A stretch of DNA of 63,457 nucleotides, counting the filler, from Saprolegnia diclina VS20 (taxonomy: Eukaryota): the NCBI RefSeq assembly GCF_000281045.1. It is 9 parts of 3 records of this genome, joined end to end, with 100 filler letters (N's around TTAATTAATTAA, not from the genome) between each part and the next. Parts side by side here need not be neighbours in the genome. Positions count along the whole stretch, not along the records: positions 22,746 to 37,623 come from NW_008246076.1; positions 37,724 to 56,947 come from NW_008246077.1; 7 more parts are not named here. One strand, 5' to 3'. Shown here piece by piece: positions 32,007 to 45,045 of the stretch; the stretch's first letter is position 1; the number at the start of each line of letters is the position of its first letter. The notes beneath the pieces are model-generated. The model did not search any database, was not told where the DNA came from, and worked only from the letters and a program-made list of their open reading frames with translations. The position numbers and the translations under genes are program-made.

Positions 32007-32989
32007 ATATATTGGTGCATGGCACCGTTGAGACCAAACTCTCAAACTCACATTTGTTCAAAAGTGATGAGAGTCACTGTATTCCAACGCCTCCGACTCA
32101 GATGGGCACATCGGTGCCACGATACTTTGAACGTGAGCGAGATCGCTCCGATCTCTAATCTTGCGCGTGATGCAGCAGCTGTTGAGGATCGTGACAGAAA
32201 CGGCAGTTGGTCGGAGCTTGGCGACAAACGGTGCAACGCAGAGCCGAGTTTGGGTGCCGTTCCTCTCCTATTTTCGCATTACGTTTCAATGTACAAATAG
32301 CAAATTTAAACCTCGAGAGGGGTTTGCAAATACAGGAGCAAATTACTAGTCTCAAGCACGTCTCAATTGCGAGTACTCCTTCCATCTGTTACGCTCATGC
32401 TCTTGACAAGGATTGCAAAAAAAGTCGAGAGTGCTGATCGCGATGAAGGAAATATTCACGTACTGTACATCGATTACAATCAAGCTCGGGCTCTTGCAGG
32501 AACAACTCTTCTCCAATCAAGGCAAGCACAAAATCCGGATAACAACCAGCAAACTTCGGCGCCAATTGCTGACGAAATGAGGCCTAAACTCCCTCCCGGC
32601 GCGGGAGGGTCAAGACCTCATAATAAACGACTAAGCTTAAAGTTAAATTCATGATTTCTTTGAACAGCATGCAATCTGGGGGTGCGTCAGTGCTGTGTGA
32701 CTGTGTACGGTTCATGTTTAATCCATGTCCGTTCGCTGTAGGACCCTGCCCACGCACATTCAAGCACGGGAAATTTGTGATGGATGTATTGTGCCTTCGA
32801 TCGCTAGCTTGGTCGAAAACCACAGTGCAGTCATGCCTCCGATACGTGGTGGTGCACCTGATGGGCTCGTCCAAAAGACGGCGTCTACGCGGCTGTGCTG
32901 ATGTGACAGCGGCGCCGCGTTGGAGATGATCTGAAGCTACGGGGACCAACATCGAGAACATCGTATACTGGTAGATACGGTTTTAATGG

Positions 32990-34115
32990 CTAACTGCAAG
33001 TCGGCAGCTTCTGGCGCTTGGGTGTTGATATCTCAGCCACTTCGACTTGGTCAGGAGACGCCATCTTGCGCTTGTTGTGCTCGTCATCCAGCAACGCGAC
33101 GAGCGTGCGCGTTCGGCGCTGTTGCTCCACCTTGTGGTTTTGCGTCTCGATGACCAAAGCGTGGCGCTTCATGAACGTTGCAACGCGGACCTTCGGTACG
33201 TCGCACGATCGTTGATGCTGCACGACAGGCGCGTCGTCAGCAGTTGTGCAGCCGCTTGGTCACACAAGGTATTCGTTGACTCGGCATACCCACCCACTTG
33301 ACCTCTGTCGACGATCGCAAAATGCTCCAAAGCGACGGCAGTCGCGGCAGCACGGGCCAAGCACCACTTCCTTCATGGCCACGTCCGACGACACCAACGA
33401 CAGCGTTTCCTAGTCTTCGTACGTGGGAAGCACGTTAAGCATCACCGAGGCCAGCGTTCGTTGACCAGACAGCGACAAGCCGATCGCAGTGGCATCTTGC
33501 AGTAGCGGCCACACACAGGCGTCGTGCAGCGCATTCGTATCACCGACTGCCTTGACAATCGCTGCCAGGTACGTATCCAAGATTATCGACGATGTATACT
33601 GCACTGCCAAGAGGACCCGCGCCGTTGAGCTCGCCATGACACGCCACAAAGCCGTCTCCTTCTCCATGATTGTTTGAATCGCCTGCAGCGTCGTCGTCGT
33701 CACCACCGCCAGAACGCTAGCCTCTAGACCGACAGCATCCGCGTCCAGCGCGATCAAGAAGGTCGCGATCGCGTCAAGGGCCATAGCACCCCACAGTGTC
33801 ACGAGCGCTTGCAGCGTCGCGCCATTCAGCGCGTGGATCGAGTGCAGGACTCGCAAAACGAGGCTGGCGTCAGGAGCCGTCATCCGATTGCTTGGTGCGG
33901 CACTCGTCGGAGCTAATTGAACCGTCGAGAGCAGAAGCGTCTCGCACCACGGTAGGCGGTCGGGCAACAGCGTGTGTAGTGCCGGTGCGAGCACGGTCTG
34001 CGGATGAAAAAGCGTTGGCTGCGTCTGCACCAGCGTCTGCAGTCGATGTTTCTCATCCTTGACATAGGCTGCAAGGCGGCTTCCATCGCAGATGATCGCT
34101 GCCAAGGACGCGCGC
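32990..34115 (-). CDS. Hypothetical protein, 3' part (multi-exon, interrupted by gap)
   Basis: 231-aa helical-looking ORF 33410..34105 plus terminal ORF ending TPKRQKLPTCS; no recognised domain. Confidence 0.45.
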
Positions 34116-34802
34116 NNNNNNNNNNNNNNNNNNNNNNNNNNNNNNNNNNNNNNNNNNNNNNNNNNNNNNNNNNNNNNNNNNNNNNNNNNNNNNNNNNNNN
34201 NNNNNNNNNNNNNNNCGCGGGATGCACTCGAGCGCGGCTTCGTACGGCGCCTTGGCTACGTCGATCGGCGCGCAGTCAAGGTCGCCCATGCTGCCACGTT
34301 GGCGAAATGCTGCAATGGCGAGACTTGGTGACTGTTCATTGGCCAAAATTCGGGCAGTACCCGAATGTTGGTCACTTCCTGTCGATGGTGCGCGGGAAAC
34401 CACCGAGTAAAATCTGGACGACATTATCGAGAGTGGGACTCTAGTACACACGATATATAGCCTAATTCAACATACATATTGTCGTATCGCGCCAGGTACT
34501 GTCGTCTCATGCTCCTCCACGGTGCAGGGCCTGAAGCGTCAGCACAGTCATCCGGATACGGTGCGAACCCCACGTTCGCGATCTTTCCGGATACAGCAAC
34601 GCAAGATTGGGTAATATGAAGTGCACCTCACGTTCGCTTGATCTTTCGATTTGGTTGCGACTCGGTGAGAGGTCGCTCGCCCACTCGCCGCGTCAAAACA
34701 ACACTTAGATACATGCACACATATGAGTTTACCGTCACCTTTTTGTAGTCGAAATGCTAGATCGCTATTTGTCGAGGGAACCTTAGTGAAAACAAGGGAT
34801 AA

Positions 34803-34850
34803 GGTTTTGAGAAAACGTGGTTTTGAGAAAACGTGGTTTTGAGAAAACGT
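34803..34850. repeat. (GGTTTTGAGAAAACGT)3 minisatellite
   Basis: Three exact 16-bp units, each with internal inverted GTTTT/AAAAC. Confidence 0.9.
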
Positions 34851-35545
34851 AAAGTCGATGGGTCCTCCCAGAGGGAGGTCAGAAATTGGTGAAGCCGCAT
34901 TGTTTGTAAGACGTCCACGGTAATCTTTAGTAAAAGGCGAAAGATTAGTACGAGTAAACGCTTTACTGCGGGATACTTTGGATTTTCAGGAAAACGTACC
35001 ATGGCTACAAACAAAAATCGGAAATTCCGGATAGGCGTTCGCCACGTGAACCGTTTCTTGGCCAGCAATTCGCATTTCGGTAAACTTCGGAGTTGGTCCC
35101 AACAGAAAAAGGAATTTCCGTGCCCACAACGAAATAGCAAGATTGGAATCGGTAGTCCGTCATGACAACATTTCCATTTTGCCTTCTCGCGTCTTATCCA
35201 CCACGAATGACTAGCGGTCAATGACACGACGCTCAAGTAGAGCTATCGACGAGTGGAGATCAACACTTGACTAGACTGACAGCGTTTTCATAGCAAGCAA
35301 CTTCGCGTTCCTTGCATATGGACGGTCAGCGCCATACGAAAGCTCCGTGTTAAATCACAACCATACACAGTCCACCTTGCGGTGGCTGCGACGCGTTCTT
35401 GTCCTCCATATACTGTATTATACTCCTACACCATACATTATGGTTCTAGCTACTACGATTTATAAGGTACCGGAAGGACATTCCATCCCCACACTTCAAA
35501 AGACACAAAAGACTACTCATCATTAGACAATCTATGAGACTCGAA

Positions 35546-37144
35546 TCAACACCGTGAACACGCCACTTGGTACTTGATGTCGGGCACGGGTCGCCCGAAG
35601 TGCCATTCGTACATTGGCTTCTTGGCTGCGCGGAGCTGAAGGCGCGTTGCATGCGCCAGCAACGCCTCGGCGCTTGCCGGTGTGCGCACCACCAGGCGCA
35701 GCGTCGTGCCACACGTAATTGCACTCACCAAGTCTCGCAGCGCCGTCATCGGGAGCGCGGTCGCATGCAATTCCAGCGTCGCGGTCGTGGACGTCGACAT
35801 CTTGTGCATGGCCGAGGTCAAGCCTGCGGCGACCGCCACGTCATGCACGCTCATGGCCAGCGCTTGCCCGGCTCGACCAAAAAATACAGGCATGGCGGCT
35901 GTCAGCGCGAGAAACGGACTCGTCTTGTCGTCGTGTTGATCGTGGTAGCAGTTGTCCAGCTTGACCGAGACGAGACATTCGGATGTGGCCATGAGGTGCG
36001 CAATGGCCGTGATCGCTCGTCGCGAGAGCCGCATCGACGACAAGTGCAGATGGCGCAGGGATCTCAGTGGCGTGAGATCGCCCAGCACACCGTTAACAAG
36101 CGTCAGTGACTGCAGCATCGGCGCTGTCGCGAGCGCGGTGGCAGCACGCGTGAGGTTGCAGAGTGCGACAGTTCGGACTTCAAGCGTCCGCACGCGCGAC
36201 GTCTGGAGCTTGAGGGCCACGCTTGCAATGTTGTCGGCGGCGTGGTAGTCGACGGCTGTGATGTGAAGAGAGGTGAGCTGTGGCGAAAGAGACAGGGTCG
36301 CGGCGCCGAGCGCGCAAAGCAGCTGCGGCATCTCGTGGACGTTGAGCGTCGTCATCGTCGATGATGACAGCAGTGCGTCACCGACACTCGCCGCTGCCTC
36401 GGTCGTGAGTGGCAGGCCCGTGAGATGGACTGTCGCGAGGCTGGATTGTGTCATCATGTACGCAGCGAACCACGACACGTCCATCTTGACGTGCCGGTAC
36501 GTCTCGGACCCACGCCAGACAAAGTACGTGAGCGACTGTAGCCGCGGGCAGAGCGCGAGTGTGCGGCAAAGGTGCGGCCACGTCTCGCATGTCGGGTCCG
36601 TCACCGAGAGCGACGTGATGTGTGGTGCCCAGAGCCCGTAAGTCGCTTCAAAGTCGCGCAAGTCGCCGAGCAGCGCCGAGATGGTCGTATTGGCCATGAG
36701 TGGCACGTAGCGCGCGAGCGGCGGTGTCGCGATAAACGCATTCACCTGGAGCTGCCGGAGAAGAGGCAGCGCCGACTGCACGAGGCGGTCGAGACCTGCC
36801 GACGCACGCAAGTTCGAGCTAGAGCTCGCGCTGGCACAAGAGGCGGAAGGAGCGTAAAGGTCCGAGAGGCTTGCAATGGGCCAGATGATGGACGGGTCGT
36901 GCACGCGCTGGAGCAAGGCCAAGAGGCTCTGCAGCGGCGCGTCGTCGCGCAGTCGTGGCAGCACTTGGAGGAACCGCTTGACGTCGGTCGCATCTCGGAG
37001 GTAGCCCATGACGTGGCGCGCCAAGGCGCCCGTCAAGAGGCAGCCCGCGCTGGTCGTCGGCTTGGCCCGCTTCGGCGGCGGCGGCCCGTCGCTGCCCACA
37101 ATGACCATGATGCCACGCAGTTCGATTTCTGCCGGATCTCGCAT
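35546..37144 (-). CDS. RNI-like leucine-rich repeat protein
   Basis: LRR-type repeats (LALCPRLQSLTY, LSPQLTSLHI, PMLQSLTL, LRSLRHLHL); NLS-like PPPKRAK; start codon uncertain. Confidence 0.7.
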   Translation of the reverse strand: MRDPAEIELRGIMVIVGSDGPPPPKRAKPTTSAGCLLTGALARHVMGYLRDATDVKRFLQVLPRLRDDAPLQSLLALLQRVHDPSIIWPIASLSDLYAPSASCASASSSSNLRASAGLDRLVQSALPLLRQLQVNAFIATPPLARYVPLMANTTISALLGDLRDFEATYGLWAPHITSLSVTDPTCETWPHLCRTLALCPRLQSLTYFVWRGSETYRHVKMDVSWFAAYMMTQSSLATVHLTGLPLTTEAAASVGDALLSSSTMTTLNVHEMPQLLCALGAATLSLSPQLTSLHITAVDYHAADNIASVALKLQTSRVRTLEVRTVALCNLTRAATALATAPMLQSLTLVNGVLGDLTPLRSLRHLHLSSMRLSRRAITAIAHLMATSECLVSVKLDNCYHDQHDDKTSPFLALTAAMPVFFGRAGQALAMSVHDVAVAAGLTSAMHKMSTSTTATLELHATALPMTALRDLVSAITCGTTLRLVVRTPASAEALLAHATRLQLRAAKKPMYEWHFGRPVPDIKYQVACSRC

Positions 37145-37723
37145 CGAACCGACATTGCCCCAAGGAAATGACGCGCTGTGATTGGCGGAAAAGAGTTGAT
37201 AATGGAATCGAACGGCAATTGTCGACTGCGCCCGCTTGCCCGCGCAAGTTCCATGCCCCTTCCGTGCACGCCAGCGCATGGCGCCAGCTATCTGTTCTGA
37301 GCGCAGCTCGAGGCTTCTCAGCCAGTTATCTCAGAGGCCGAATGACCGCGCTGGCGTCATTCTTGGTATGAAGAGGTGCTGCAGGCTAAAGTTGCTAGCT
37401 GTTTAAATCGATTGCCTTTGCGAACGCAATAATCGAGGGCCATGGGCGCCGCACCGAGCATTAGAACGTTGGTGCTCTGGAGAAGTGGGGTTGCGTTGAA
37501 CCTGGATCGTGGTAGTCTTGGTTCACTGAGAGGTTGCGGTGGCTGACGACAAGACATGATTGCATATTTTGCAAGCGCTTGGGCATCAACCACCGGCAAA
37601 TGTTCTTGCTCTTGGAAAATGCANNNNNNNNNNNNNNNNNNNNNNNNNNNNNNNNNNNNNNNNNNNNTTAATTAATTAANNNNNNNNNNNNNNNNNNNNN
37701 NNNNNNNNNNNNNNNNNNNNNNN

Positions 37724-40700
37724 CATTACCGCTCGTGCCTGCAGACCCGCTTGGCGCAGACGTGTACGAGCCACCGGTACAGTAGAAGCCCGCGTCACAG
37801 GGACCACTTGGGTTTGTGAGCGCCGTTCCGTCGCAGTACATGCCGGGGAGGCACGTGAAACAGTTTTCCATCATCTTGAGACCCGTTGCGTTGCCGTAGG
37901 TGCCCAGTGGACACGGCTCGGGATTCGATGTCCCCGTGATGCAGTAGTAGCCGCGCGGACAATCGATGGGCACTGTGGAAGCGATGGTGCAGTACTTGCC
38001 TGCTGGGCATACGGCGCAGTCGTCTTGCGAGCGACCTTGGGTTCGGTTCAGGTAATAGCGCGGTGGGCAGGCGACTTGCGTGTTGGACGTTGACATGGAA
38101 GGACAATAGTAGCCAGGCGAGCACTCGCCGGTTGGTACCACCGACGCCTATGCAGCACGTGAGGTACCCGTGCACGGGCAGAGAGCCTACTGGCAGGCTG
38201 AAGTAACCCGCTGGTGTCGGAATGCAATCGGCGAGGGCGTCTTGGCCAGTGACGTTGTTGAATGTACCCGCGGGGCAATACACGGGTGTTGGGGTCGCCA
38301 TGGGGCAGTAGTAACCCTGTGGACACGCATTTGTCACAAGCGTGGGCTCGTAACTCATGCTTCCAGGGCAGTACGTGCCATTATAACATCGACCAAAGAG
38401 GGACCCGCGGAGGCTCCACGTCCCTGCCGACGTCGGCAAGAGCTCCATCGCCGTCGTGTTGCTGCCGCAAAAGTAGCCTGCCGGGCAAGCTTGGCACGTG
38501 AACGATGCCATTGGCGATGACTTGCCGACACCACACGGCAGCGGTGTGACGCTACCCAGGGGACAGTAGAACCCCGACGGACACGTGGTGCACATCGGAA
38601 ACGCCCCTGGTCCTGGCGCTGCCGTATTGGTCACCGACGTGTACGAGCCGGGAGGACACTGCACAGGCGTGATGGACCTACATCGGACCATCGCATCAAC
38701 TTTCACTTGGATACAACAACCAACCCGGTCGGGCAGTAGGCGCCTGGTGGACACGCAGTGCATTGCGTCGGGTCGGTCAAGTTGGTCAGCGCCGTGTACG
38801 TGCCGCTAGGGCACGGGTACGCGGTCGGCAACGCCGTGCCAATCGGGCAGTAGTGTCCTTGACCACACGGGCCATCAATGACCGAGTTGCCACCGGCGCA
38901 GTAGGACCCCGGTGGGCAAATCGTGCACTCGCTCGCGGCCGCAAGACTGCCAAGGCTGCTCCAGTACCCCGGTGGACACGGAAACTGTTTAGGAAACGCA
39001 GTGCCATTCGGGCAAAAGAAGCCTACAAACACGCATTCGAAGAATCCCCACAAGTGCTAGCACGTCATACCAGCAGCACACGGCAGCATCTGGAGCATGT
39101 TGTTGCCCGTGCCACTCAAACACGCCTACAACCATCGCAAATGAGCAACGAAACAACACGACGATCGTACATAGCGCTCGGGACAGATAGTACAGTCAGT
39201 GACACGCACAAGCGAGATCGCGTCCGTGTACGTGCCGGCGGCGCACGGATACGATATCGCCGAGACCGTTCCGACGGGGCAGTAGTGCCCCGGGGCACAC
39301 GGATCGGTGACAGCGATTTGACCGACATGAGGGCACGACATGCCTTGCGGGCATAGGAGACACTCGTACAGTCCAGATGCACTTGTTGAGGGGTTGTAGC
39401 GGCCGGCGGGGCACGGCGTCGGGCTCACGGAGCCTTGCGGGCAATAGTTGCCTACCGTGCACGGGACGCACTGCGACCCCGAGACGATGCCCGTGTTGTT
39501 GCCGCCAAACGTCCCCGCGGGGCAGAGGTATTGCGTTGCGCTTTGCGTTCCTGCCGGGCAATATGACCCGGACGGACAAACCACTGGTAGTGGGCTGCCT
39601 GCGGGGCAGTAGGACCCAGCGGGGCAGTTGACGCAGGCCATGCTAGAACCTGCATTCGGGTTGGGGTTGTACTGTCCAGCGGGGCACGGAAACGCAGAGC
39701 TATACGGCGTGCCAACGGGGCAGTAAAAACCTGGAGGACACGGGACCATAGACACCGCGGTGCTTCCGCTTCCGCAAGCGAACCCCTGCGGACATGGCGC
39801 GCAGGCTTGGTTGACGCTCTACGCCACTCTCGCACACCGTCGAATAACGTCGATCGCAGTACCTCGCCGGCCGTGGTGTTGCCATACGTGCCTGGCGGGC
39901 ACATGAAGAACGTTGTCGGTGGATTGCAATAGCCCCCCGCCGGACACGCATCGCTACAGACGTAAACGAGTATTCAGCGTCATCAAGTACAACCAATAGG
40001 GCATACGCCGGAGGGGTCGGTGATGTCGATGCCAGGCTGCAGCGGTAGCCAGGGTTGCACTCCAAGCAGTTCAAGATCGTGCCGGGGCTCCAATACCCAA
40101 TGGGGCATGGCTGCGGCGGCTGGTCCGGGTGCGGGCACTCGTATCCTGGCATGCAAGGCGAGCACGTTGTCCAGCCCGCGAGCGAGTAGTACCCCGGTGC
40201 GCACGGCTGGGGCGTGGTTGTGAGGTTGCTGCAGCTGTACCCTGCTGGGCACGACGTACACGTCCCCTGGCCCGTTAGCGAGTAGAGACCGAGACCGCAG
40301 GGTGTAATACTCCAGTTGCTCACCGACGGACAGAGAAACCCGGCGGGACATGGCGTGCAGCTGGCTTGGCCACCACCAGAGAACGTCCCAAACGCACACG
40401 CCGTCTTTGCACTCGACGTCGGATCCGCACAAGCAAAGCCCGCGGGACATGGTAGACATGTCGTTTGGCCGCCGATGCTATAGTAGCCGGGCGAGCACGG
40501 AAGCTGAATACTCGAGTCGGTCGACGGGCATGCAAACCCCGCAGGGCACTTGGTGCAAGCTGTCGCACCCCCGGTGGAGAAGTACCCTGCTGTGCACGGA
40601 GCATTGTTGGTGCCATCGACAGCGGGACACTGATATCCGCTTGGGCACTCGGTGCAGTTGGCACTTGCGAGGCCAACAGAGAACGTTCCTGGGGCGCACG

Positions 40701-43365
40701 CGAGCGCGACCGACTGGTTGGTGTACGGACAGTACTTGCCGACGGGGCACGATGTACATGACGTGGCACCAGCGATCGAGTACGTTCCTTGCGCGCACGG
40801 CAGCGGCAAAAGCGAGGTCGTTGTCGGGCACATGGTGCCCGCCGAGCACAAGGTGCAGCTGGTCTGACTCCCACCACTAAAGGTACCAGCAATGCACGCA
40901 ATGGGGGCCGCCGACAATGTAGGACATTGCATGCCAGCGGGGCACGGGGTGCACGCTGTACTTGCTGCAAGACTAGAGCAACACGTGGTATAGGACATTG
41001 TGTGATAGGAGATTGTGGCGGCGTTGATTCACACCTGTAGGTGCCCGGGGTACAAGGCACAGGTGGCATCGACGTCGTAGCGCAGTACGACCCCGCGGGA
41101 CACACGGTGCAGTTGGCGCTGTTAGCGTTCGAGTAGTACCCCGTGCTACACGGTTGCGGCACGAGGGTAGGGACCGGGCACATAAAACCGGGGCTGCACG
41201 ACGAGCAAGACACTTGGCCCGCCGCGGCGTACGTTCCCAGCGTACATGGCACTGGTGGAAGCAACATTGACGCACACGCCGCACCGGCGGGGCATGTAAT
41301 GCAGCTCGTGTTCCCCTAGTCCAACAGCATCAGCTCTGTTCAGATCGGCGATGCCAAAAGTACCGGAAGACTATAGCTGCCACTGGGACAACCTTGAAGC
41401 GTATTTCCCGCGCACGTATACCCCGCGGGGCACACCGAGCACGTGCCGTTGCCTGCCAAGCTAAAGTAACCTGTCGCGCACGGCACGGGGGCCGCCGTTG
41501 TCAACGCGCACGAGAAACCTGCGGGGCACGGTGTGCACGCGAGGGACCCTTGGAGCCTATGGAAAGCAGTTTGGTGTTAGCCCTCAATTTAGATAAGGCT
41601 TTGTATGTACGCGTAAGTCCCGATCGGGCATGGCAGTGGCAGCGCGTTTGTACTGACACAGCTTGAGCCAGCAGGACATATGGTGCAGGTAAGTGCTAAA
41701 GCGAGCGAGTACGTTCCGCTGCCGCAGACAATGGGCGCAGCCGCCGCGACAGGACATGCTTGGCCAGCCAAGCACGGCGTACACGACGCTGCCCCTCCGG
41801 TCGCGTATGTGCCCGAGGCGCAGGCAACTGGTGCGTGCGTCGGGTCGGCGCAAAATTGGCCCGCCGGACAGGGATTGCACACGGCTACTCCCTACCACAA
41901 CATGACAATCAAGCACTGGCTACATCAAATGCCTGTTGATCCAATACCGCCAAGCTGAAAGTCCCGAGGGTACAGGGCGTCGGTGAGGCGGACGTCGTCG
42001 CGCAGCTCGAGCCAGCAGGACATGCTGCGCAGGTCGCAGCGCCACCAATGCTAAACGAGCCAACGGCGCACGGCGTCGGGCTTTGGGCTGAGTTCGCACA
42101 GGAGAAGCCCGCGGGGCACGAAGTACAGGCGGTCGATCCGGGCGTGAGCGCTGTCGAGCCGCTCGGACAGGCCGTGCACGTCGACGCGGTCGTGGCGAGC
42201 GCAATCGACGAAAACGTACCAATGGGACATGCTGTCGGCGGTGCACACCCGCCCGTGCAGTACGCGCCAGGATAGCACGCCGTGCAGACGTCGTTGGACG
42301 CGTTAAAGGCCGACGCGTAAAACCCTGCAGAGCATTGTCCAAGGCAGTTGACGGCAGCTACAAACACATTTACATATACGATTCCGGAAAAGCCGGTGCG
42401 ACGTACCCGAATAGATGGGCAGGGACGACATGGCCGTGGACTCCAAGAGGTACCCTTCGCTTGTCGCGGTGCTCACAACGCCGGGGCTCGCGACGATGCC
42501 ATCTGTCGGAGGGTTGAGCAAGCTACTGAGCCAGAACGCGACCGTGGAGCCGCTCGGGATCGTGCTGCCGTCGCCACGGCGCTGGATCTTGAGCACACTG
42601 GACGCATGCGTCATCGAGTAGTTGCCATTTTGGCTGAGCATGTGCAGCGCCGTGTTGGTACTCAGTTGGTACGATGGGTTCAACGACACGACCACCTCTC
42701 CGTTGGATGGAATATCGACTGCAGTCGAAAAAACAACCATGAGACCGGCGTCTTGGCCGGCGCGAAGCGACTGCACACCGAGGTACCCGAGGCTCAATGG
42801 CGCCGACTGCAAAACGCTGCCAAGGGTGCTCGTGACAGTGACTTGTTGGCTCTGGTTATCGAGCAGCGTGACGGTGTATGTGTCTTGGACGCCCGTGGAC
42901 GGAGGGACTTGGATGTTGAGTAGCGTAATGGTGACCTCTGTTCCTGCAGCGATCGCGGCCGTGTTGCCGACAACAAAGTCCAGCGTCGTGCTGCTGGGCC
43001 GAAGGACTTTGGCGCCAGTTGTGTCATGGCTCGTAATCGCGAGCAACGGTGGCGACGGGGCAATGTTCACATAGGCGTACGGCGGCGGCAGTTGGAGCGC
43101 GAGCGTCGCGTTCACAGGTATCGGCTGCGTGAACGCAAACACGATCGAGAGGTTCGTCGTTCGGCCCACGACGACGCTGGTCGACGTAACGACTGGCGTC
43201 GCACTTGCATCTACGCAGGGTGATGGGGTGATGGTCTCTGCCTCGACGAGGCGCCATCGTACCGAGGCGTCGCGACGATGGGGTCGGACCGAAGGAGAAC
43301 CAGGACGCCTGGATTCCAGCGTAGAGCGTAGCAAAGAGCAGGCAGAGGAGGTCGAGACGACGCAT
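37724..43365 (-). CDS. Giant secreted/surface Cys-rich repeat protein (GCC2-GCC3/ephrin-receptor-like repeats), multi-exon, 3' end lost in gap
   Basis: Signal peptide MRRLDLLCLLFATLYAGIQA, beta-rich N-terminal region, then dozens of CP.G.YC / C..CP.G repeats over exons 37724-42350. Confidence 0.85.
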
Positions 43366-43962
43366 GCTGCTGCGGTTGATGGAGGACGAGCGGACTTGGG
43401 CTGCTTGTCGATGACCTTTGTTCGAGAATCGGATAGAGATCCCTCTAAGATACACGTCCGGATACGAGCAACGCCAGACCAGATTAGGGCTATTCGCACG
43501 CAATAATAGGCGCGTCCAGACGGACGCTGCGCCGCCATCGCGACGCCAAACCCTGAAATCCACCAACGCCATGCGGGCCCAGTGCTCTCAGAGGAACACC
43601 AATTTTCTGCGCTGTACAAGCCTGCTGTGGTTATACCTCGTACTACCCAGCGATTATCGTCCGGTTTCCGGTATGTTATCTTCTGGATCGCTGTTCCACA
43701 GAACGCCTACTAGCCAAACGCATCGTCGACTCGTACGTGGATCTTGGTTCACACAAGGTATACATGGATGCGGCTCAAGCACGGACTGAGCCCAAGGAAC
43801 GCAAAAGGCTGGCAGCACGAAGCGTTGAAGCCCTTTCTAGTTGGGTGGTTTTAGCGTCTATTTTCCGGAAAAGCCTCTGAAAAGACATGGTATTACTGCT
43901 AACGGGTTTCCGAGTTTGTCTGTGGACAACAGTCAGCAACAGCGCCGGAAGCAACCAGCAGC

Positions 43963-44999
43963 ATGGGCGACCTCATCCTCGACCCGAGCATTCGCGACTG
44001 GGTCATCGTGCCCATGATCGTCCTCTTCGTGTGCTCGGCCATGATGCGCAACTACGTCTCGGTCCTCCTCAAGACGGACGAAGCTGGCGAGCTCGAGGAG
44101 CTCCGCAAGATGTAAGCTGCATGCTACGTGGCACGTATCGCTCATCATCGTAACGTGGTAGCAACACGGTCAAGCGCGCGGCCATGCTTCGCATGAACTG
44201 CCAGTACATCACGCGCAGCGCCTTCTCGATGCGCAAGTTCTACTTTACGGCCTCGGAGAAGAACGACGGCGTCCAAGGCGCGCTGCGCGAAAAAGTCAAG
44301 AACGATGCGATGAACCAAATGATGAACCCCAACAGCATGATGAAGATGATGAAGGGCAACATGACGTTCATGGTCTCCAACTTTGTTATGATGGGCCTCA
44401 TGGGCTACTTCTTTGGCGGCTTTGTCCTCGGTACGCTCATCAATCCTACCTTGTGGATGAAAAGCTCAGCATCGTCAACACTGTCTAGTCAAGGTCCCCT
44501 TCTCGCTCACGCAGCGCTTCAAGGCCATGTTGCAGCGTGGCATTGAAATGACGTACGCCTTCTTGACGCCTGCTCGTCCTTGGATACTGATTTGATGCGT
44601 CTAGGACCTTGGACGTCTCGTATGTCTCGTCGGTCTCACTCTACTTTCTCATCATGTTTGGCATGAGCGGCTTCATGTCGCTCATTCTCGGCAGCGGCAG
44701 CAGTATGTCCATCCCCTGCGACCACCGCGTATACTCATGGTCGTCGTGTAGTGAACGACGACGCCCGTGCGATGCAGATGCAAATGGGCATGGGAGCCGG
44801 CGCCGGCCCGGGCTTTGACGCGCCCCGTGTCTACAAGCAAGAGCGCGTCAACCTTCGCTTGCACGCCCACGAGTATGCGCTCGAGCACGCCGAGAAGAAG
44901 CTCCTCGGCGACGACATCCCCAAGAAAGTCGAGGCGCCAGTGCCCGTCGTCGTTTCGGACGCCGCGGTCTCCAAGCGCCGCCGCCAGCGCCAGCCGTAG
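43963..44999 (+). CDS. EMC3: ER membrane protein complex subunit 3 (multi-exon)
   Basis: LILDPSIRDWVIVPM, MMKMMKGNM, FFGGFV, KVPFSLTQRFKAMLQRGI, LDVSYVSSVSLYFL. Confidence 0.92.
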
Positions 45000-45045
45000 A
45001 CGCAGATTTGCATGCGCATACTAGAAGTCGTTCTCTCTAAGTGTA

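Noticed and set aside
32207..32437. CYAHALD as a hAT transposase remnant
   Set aside because: Single motif only, insufficient support.
34803..34850. Palindromic repeats as a possible CRISPR array
   Set aside because: No spacers, no cas genes, eukaryotic context.
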